From Paraspadella gotoi (lineage: Eukaryota; Animalia; Chaetognatha), in NCBI GenBank assembly GCA_051294375.1, contig CM119269.1, positions 18,588,471 to 18,652,470 on the forward strand: DNA of 64,000 nucleotides. Reading direction: 5' to 3'. Each line of letters begins with the position of its first letter. Position 1 is the first letter of the stretch. The notes beneath the pieces are model-generated. The model had not been told where the DNA came from, did not search any database, and worked only from the letters and a program-made list of their open reading frames with translations. The position numbers were made by a program, and so were the translations under genes. This document shows positions 60,401-64,000 of this stretch, one piece after another.

Positions 60401-61594
60401 GAGAGAAATTAATCTGCTGACGCTTCCCCTCTTCAATAAAAAGAAGGCGGTTTTTTTAATTCGTCAACTTTAGTATGTTTTCTCAGCTATTAAAACTATA
60501 AATAAGTCAAAAAACGAGTTTTAGTTCAAATAAAACGCACTCACAAATCCTCAAAATTAATGTTTGGCTTAAAAATTTTTTTCCAGCTAAAGTATTAAAT
60601 ATTTTGCCCTAATTTTTTAAGGGTACCAGAAGCACCAACAAGTGGGAATATTTTGATTAGAATTGTGGACATTTGAAGTATTTTCGTTTAACAAATTGTA
60701 ATAAAATGTAAAAATGTAAGTTTTTGACTAGTCCAATTTAAAATTAATTCATAGGCAAACAATAGATGATTAACATTCAAATGAACCCAACTCAGAGGTA
60801 AAGAAGATAAGAAGGGACCGAAGCCAGAGCAAAAAAATTTTTCTTTCAATGATCTTGGCATTCAAATCTCAAGACAAAATGTTCAAAAATGGACAAAAAT
60901 GGACATAATTTTTTTTATTAAAAGTAGCAAAAATTGTCATTTGATTCTTAATTAGAAAATGCAGTAGAGGATTTCAATTAATCCGTAGTAAAGCCAACTT
61001 TGTCTTAGAGTTAAAATTTTAATCATTGTTGGTAATATTCTAACAATATTGAAAAAGTGGTTTTTTGCTAAATTCCTCGATAGAAAATCACTGCCTTTGA
61101 GAAAAAGGAATCCCCGAAATTTTCAAAAGCTTCGATTTCTCCGCAGGGGAACAAAAGTTCTTTGAACTCGACGGGGAAAAAATCCTGTTCGTCAATCGGA
61201 TTTTACAAAAGAAAAAAAACAGTCGATCAGGTTAGAGTTGCTCGTTAATATGAATTTATAGTTATCTGTTTTTCTTTTTAGCAAAATAATATTTATATAA
61301 TTGTAAAAGTATTTTGCCGTTGCCATTTTCGTAGTTTCCCTAGGAATTATCATTATTATAGGAAATTAATCGAGATGAATTGATAAGATATAACTGATAA
61401 AATCATTTATTATTTATGAACGTTCAATTTTTTTCAACGTTAAACAACTTGTGCTCTACTTTTTAGGAGTCTTGCAAAACACTCCGAAAACCCCAGTTTC
61501 GTTTCATCTCCTGGCACACAATTCTCGCCATGCCACTAGCCTCGACAATTACTGTTCATTTGTGACTGAAGTAAAAAGAATCATCTCTCTCGTG

Positions 61595-63971
61595 ATGAGA
61601 CTCGAACCGATGACGTTGCGCCTCCTGCCGGAATCGAATGAGACTCATATCGAGGCCTTCGACGCTGGCCAATTAGAATCCAAAGGCTTCGTACATCGAC
61701 CAATGGGAGACGAAAAGAAAGTATCGGAATCTTTTTCTCTTCTGGGCCAAGGAAGCGACTCGAGTAAGGCACCCTTCACGAGAATCCAGGAACTCCACAG
61801 CCCGCTACAAAATGGGGACAATTTTCTTGGCGCCGACGCGGAAACGAGAGTGGAAGGGCGTTCGTCGACGAGACTAGCGGACGAGACACCCCGAGAGTCC
61901 AGACTGCTTCATCAGCATCATCATCAACATCAACATCGCGACACAGAAATGAAATTCGCCGAAAACGCGTTTCTCCAGATCGTCGAATTCCCCGATGGTC
62001 AGCTCAGTGGCGCCCCAGGCGTTTCCCCTCATTCCTTCCACGCCAGTTTCATTCCTTACCCATCTTTGCGTCATCTTCATTCGCCGCGGAGACGAGTGGA
62101 CGGAGGGCGAAGTCTCAGCGGCGAATCGAGACGATTCTTCGCGACGTCCATTTCCATCGCTCTCTTCGTCTCCGCCGTTCTTCCTCTCTCGCACGGTGGC
62201 GATCTGTTCTCCAGGCAGCGACCGGGTGAGTTAGGGTGGCGCAAAATGGGTAAGTAAGGACGGGAAACAGCGACTTGAAAGCCTATATTTCAAAGGATGG
62301 ATAAAGATGATTGGAGTGAACAAAGTGTTTTTTTTCTTTCTTGTCATTTCATTTATTACTGACTTTTCCTCAGGTCATACATGCTCTCAAGAAACCTGCA
62401 CGGCCAGTTACACCAATTCGATGGAATACGTTGAACGAGGAGCGAATCCTCAGTTCTGCACGGTTCTCAAAACTTACTTAGAATGCATGAGACAAACTAA
62501 TAGAGCTTGCAAGGGAAACCTCTACTACCATTCGATGTCCGTCCTAATCCTGAATTGGATGAACCAGTTCAACTGCTCAAGCATGGGTCTTCACTCCGGG
62601 CGACGCCCGACGGGGATGACGAGGAATCCTCTCCCGCCTACGCCCACTGCCATGAGAGTCTGCACTTTCAAGTGAGAATCGGTTTTCTTACTAAATGTAC
62701 AATATGAAAATATTATGAGCGACCGAAAGGAAATCATATCCTACCTTTCTTCCTCAATCCTCATCCTCAGAGGCGAACGGGTCTTCAAACACTGCGGGCT
62801 TTTCGGTGATCCCCACCTGCGCACTTTCTCCGACGAGTTCCAAACTTGTAAAGTGGAAGGCGCTTGGCCGCTGATCGACAATGATTACCTCGTCGTTCAA
62901 GTCACGAATAATGCCGTGGTGCATCGCTCCAGCGCCACGGCGACGAGCAAGGTAAGTTAGCAAAGACAAAGCGCTCGCGCACGGCAGTGGGTAAGACTTC
63001 ACCAAGGATGATCTCTTACTAAGAGATCATCCTTGGTGAATGACGAGGAACATTTAGAGAAGATTTTACCAATTTTTCCAATTCTAAATTTAACCAATCA
63101 GTCAAAAACTAGTTCTCAAAATACAATGTACCAAGATAATATATATATATATATATAATGTAATTATAATAATAATTTATATTTAAACAACCTATTCGTC
63201 AGCTAAGCAATCAACAGCTTCTTTTTCACCCCAGCTCACCGTCATCATCAAAGGCAATACCCCCTGCAGTGATGAAAAAACTTACCAAGCGACAACGGGC
63301 AACCTCCCGTCGGCCTTCGTCGACGGACACACCACGTCCGGCCCAGATAAGTCCGTCCAAATCGTCGAGATGCGTCGCGGGCGCCACGTGGAGATACACG
63401 TGCGCTACGTGGCGACGACGGTGATCGTGCGTCAGGTGGGGCAGTTTCTGACCTTCGCCATTCGGATGCCGAGGATCATCATTCACAAGCGACATCCGAC
63501 TTCGAACAACGGCAACGATGTTGGGCTGCTGCCGGTGGTAAGTGTCCCAGTCAAACCGCGAATAAAAATTATCTCAAACCATTGATTTTTCATTTGGTAA
63601 ACTTCAAGATTCGGCGATCTAAAGTTTATTAAATTTATTCCTTTGTTCAGTCGACGCCAAATCTCCAATTATGCGTCCGCGGATGCCCTTATTCCGAGAG
63701 AATAAATTACCGAGAGTTTCTCTCCTACCCCAACCAAAAGTTGAAAACTTTGATGCGGCACAACGAGATCGCGATGACAAGGGAGTTGGCCATCATCAAA
63801 TGCAGAAAAGTAAGTGGTTCGATGTCTTGTGGATAATTTACGGTTTATTTTAAATCTTGTTTTTTGCATTCATAGGCGGAAGTTGTGGACCAGTATTTCG
63901 ATTCGTGTGTCTTCGATCTGATGACGACGGGAGATGCGAATTTTACTTTGGCCGCCTCTTCAGCTTTGAAA
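61595..63971 (+). CDS. RGM: Repulsive guidance molecule (RGM/DRAG-1 family), 3' end outside the window
   Basis: Exons 61595(or 61949)-62225, 62374-62671 ([27 protein letters not shown]), 62771-62951 ([40 protein letters not shown], the GDPH autocleavage site), 63235-63537, 63651-63809 (LQLCVRGCP), 63876-63971 ([14 protein letters not shown]). All are GT-AG and in phase. Confidence 0.95.
62998..63040. repeat. Perfect palindrome, 21-bp arms, 1-nt spacer, in an RGM intron
   Basis: TTCACCAAGGATGATCTCTTA-C-TAAGAGATCATCCTTGGTGAA. Confidence 0.9.
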
Positions 63972-64000
63972 GTAAGACGGACGGGTGAAACTTTAGCCCA

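Overview
Eukaryotic, almost certainly invertebrate-animal, draft genomic sequence: compact GT-AG introns (mostly 50-600 nt), CpG-rich exons, very dense (GA)n/(GAAA)n/(GAC/GAT)n microsatellites and several N gaps. Five genes could be assembled by hand with consistent splice phases: an intronless Ly6/three-finger GPI-type protein (11.5-12.1 kb, +), a C2CD2/TMEM24-like TM-SMP-C2 protein (15.2-21.1 kb, +), an Hrs/HGS-like gene that appears to lack VHS and FYVE (21.5-24.0 kb, -), an SLC45 sugar transporter (32.8-35.4 kb, -) and a repulsive guidance molecule gene running off the right end (61.6-64 kb, +). Roughly 23 kb (1-9.8, 39.6-49.0 and 51.9-55.8 kb) consists of direct and fold-back near-duplicates with indel noise around 24-25 N gaps, most likely assembly artefacts. 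The most unusual signal is a set of exon-like, splice-bounded, protein-looking blocks (12.1-14.8, 31.1-31.2 and 49.2-50.5 kb, possibly also 8.5-11.2 and 38.8-39.5 kb) that are interrupted by stop codons, often where Gln or Arg would fit. These may be lncRNAs or pseudogenes; U-to-C editing or readthrough is a speculative alternative that only RNA data can test. No CRISPR array, rRNA, tRNA or transposase ORF was seen. All family calls are from motif recognition by eye, not database searches.
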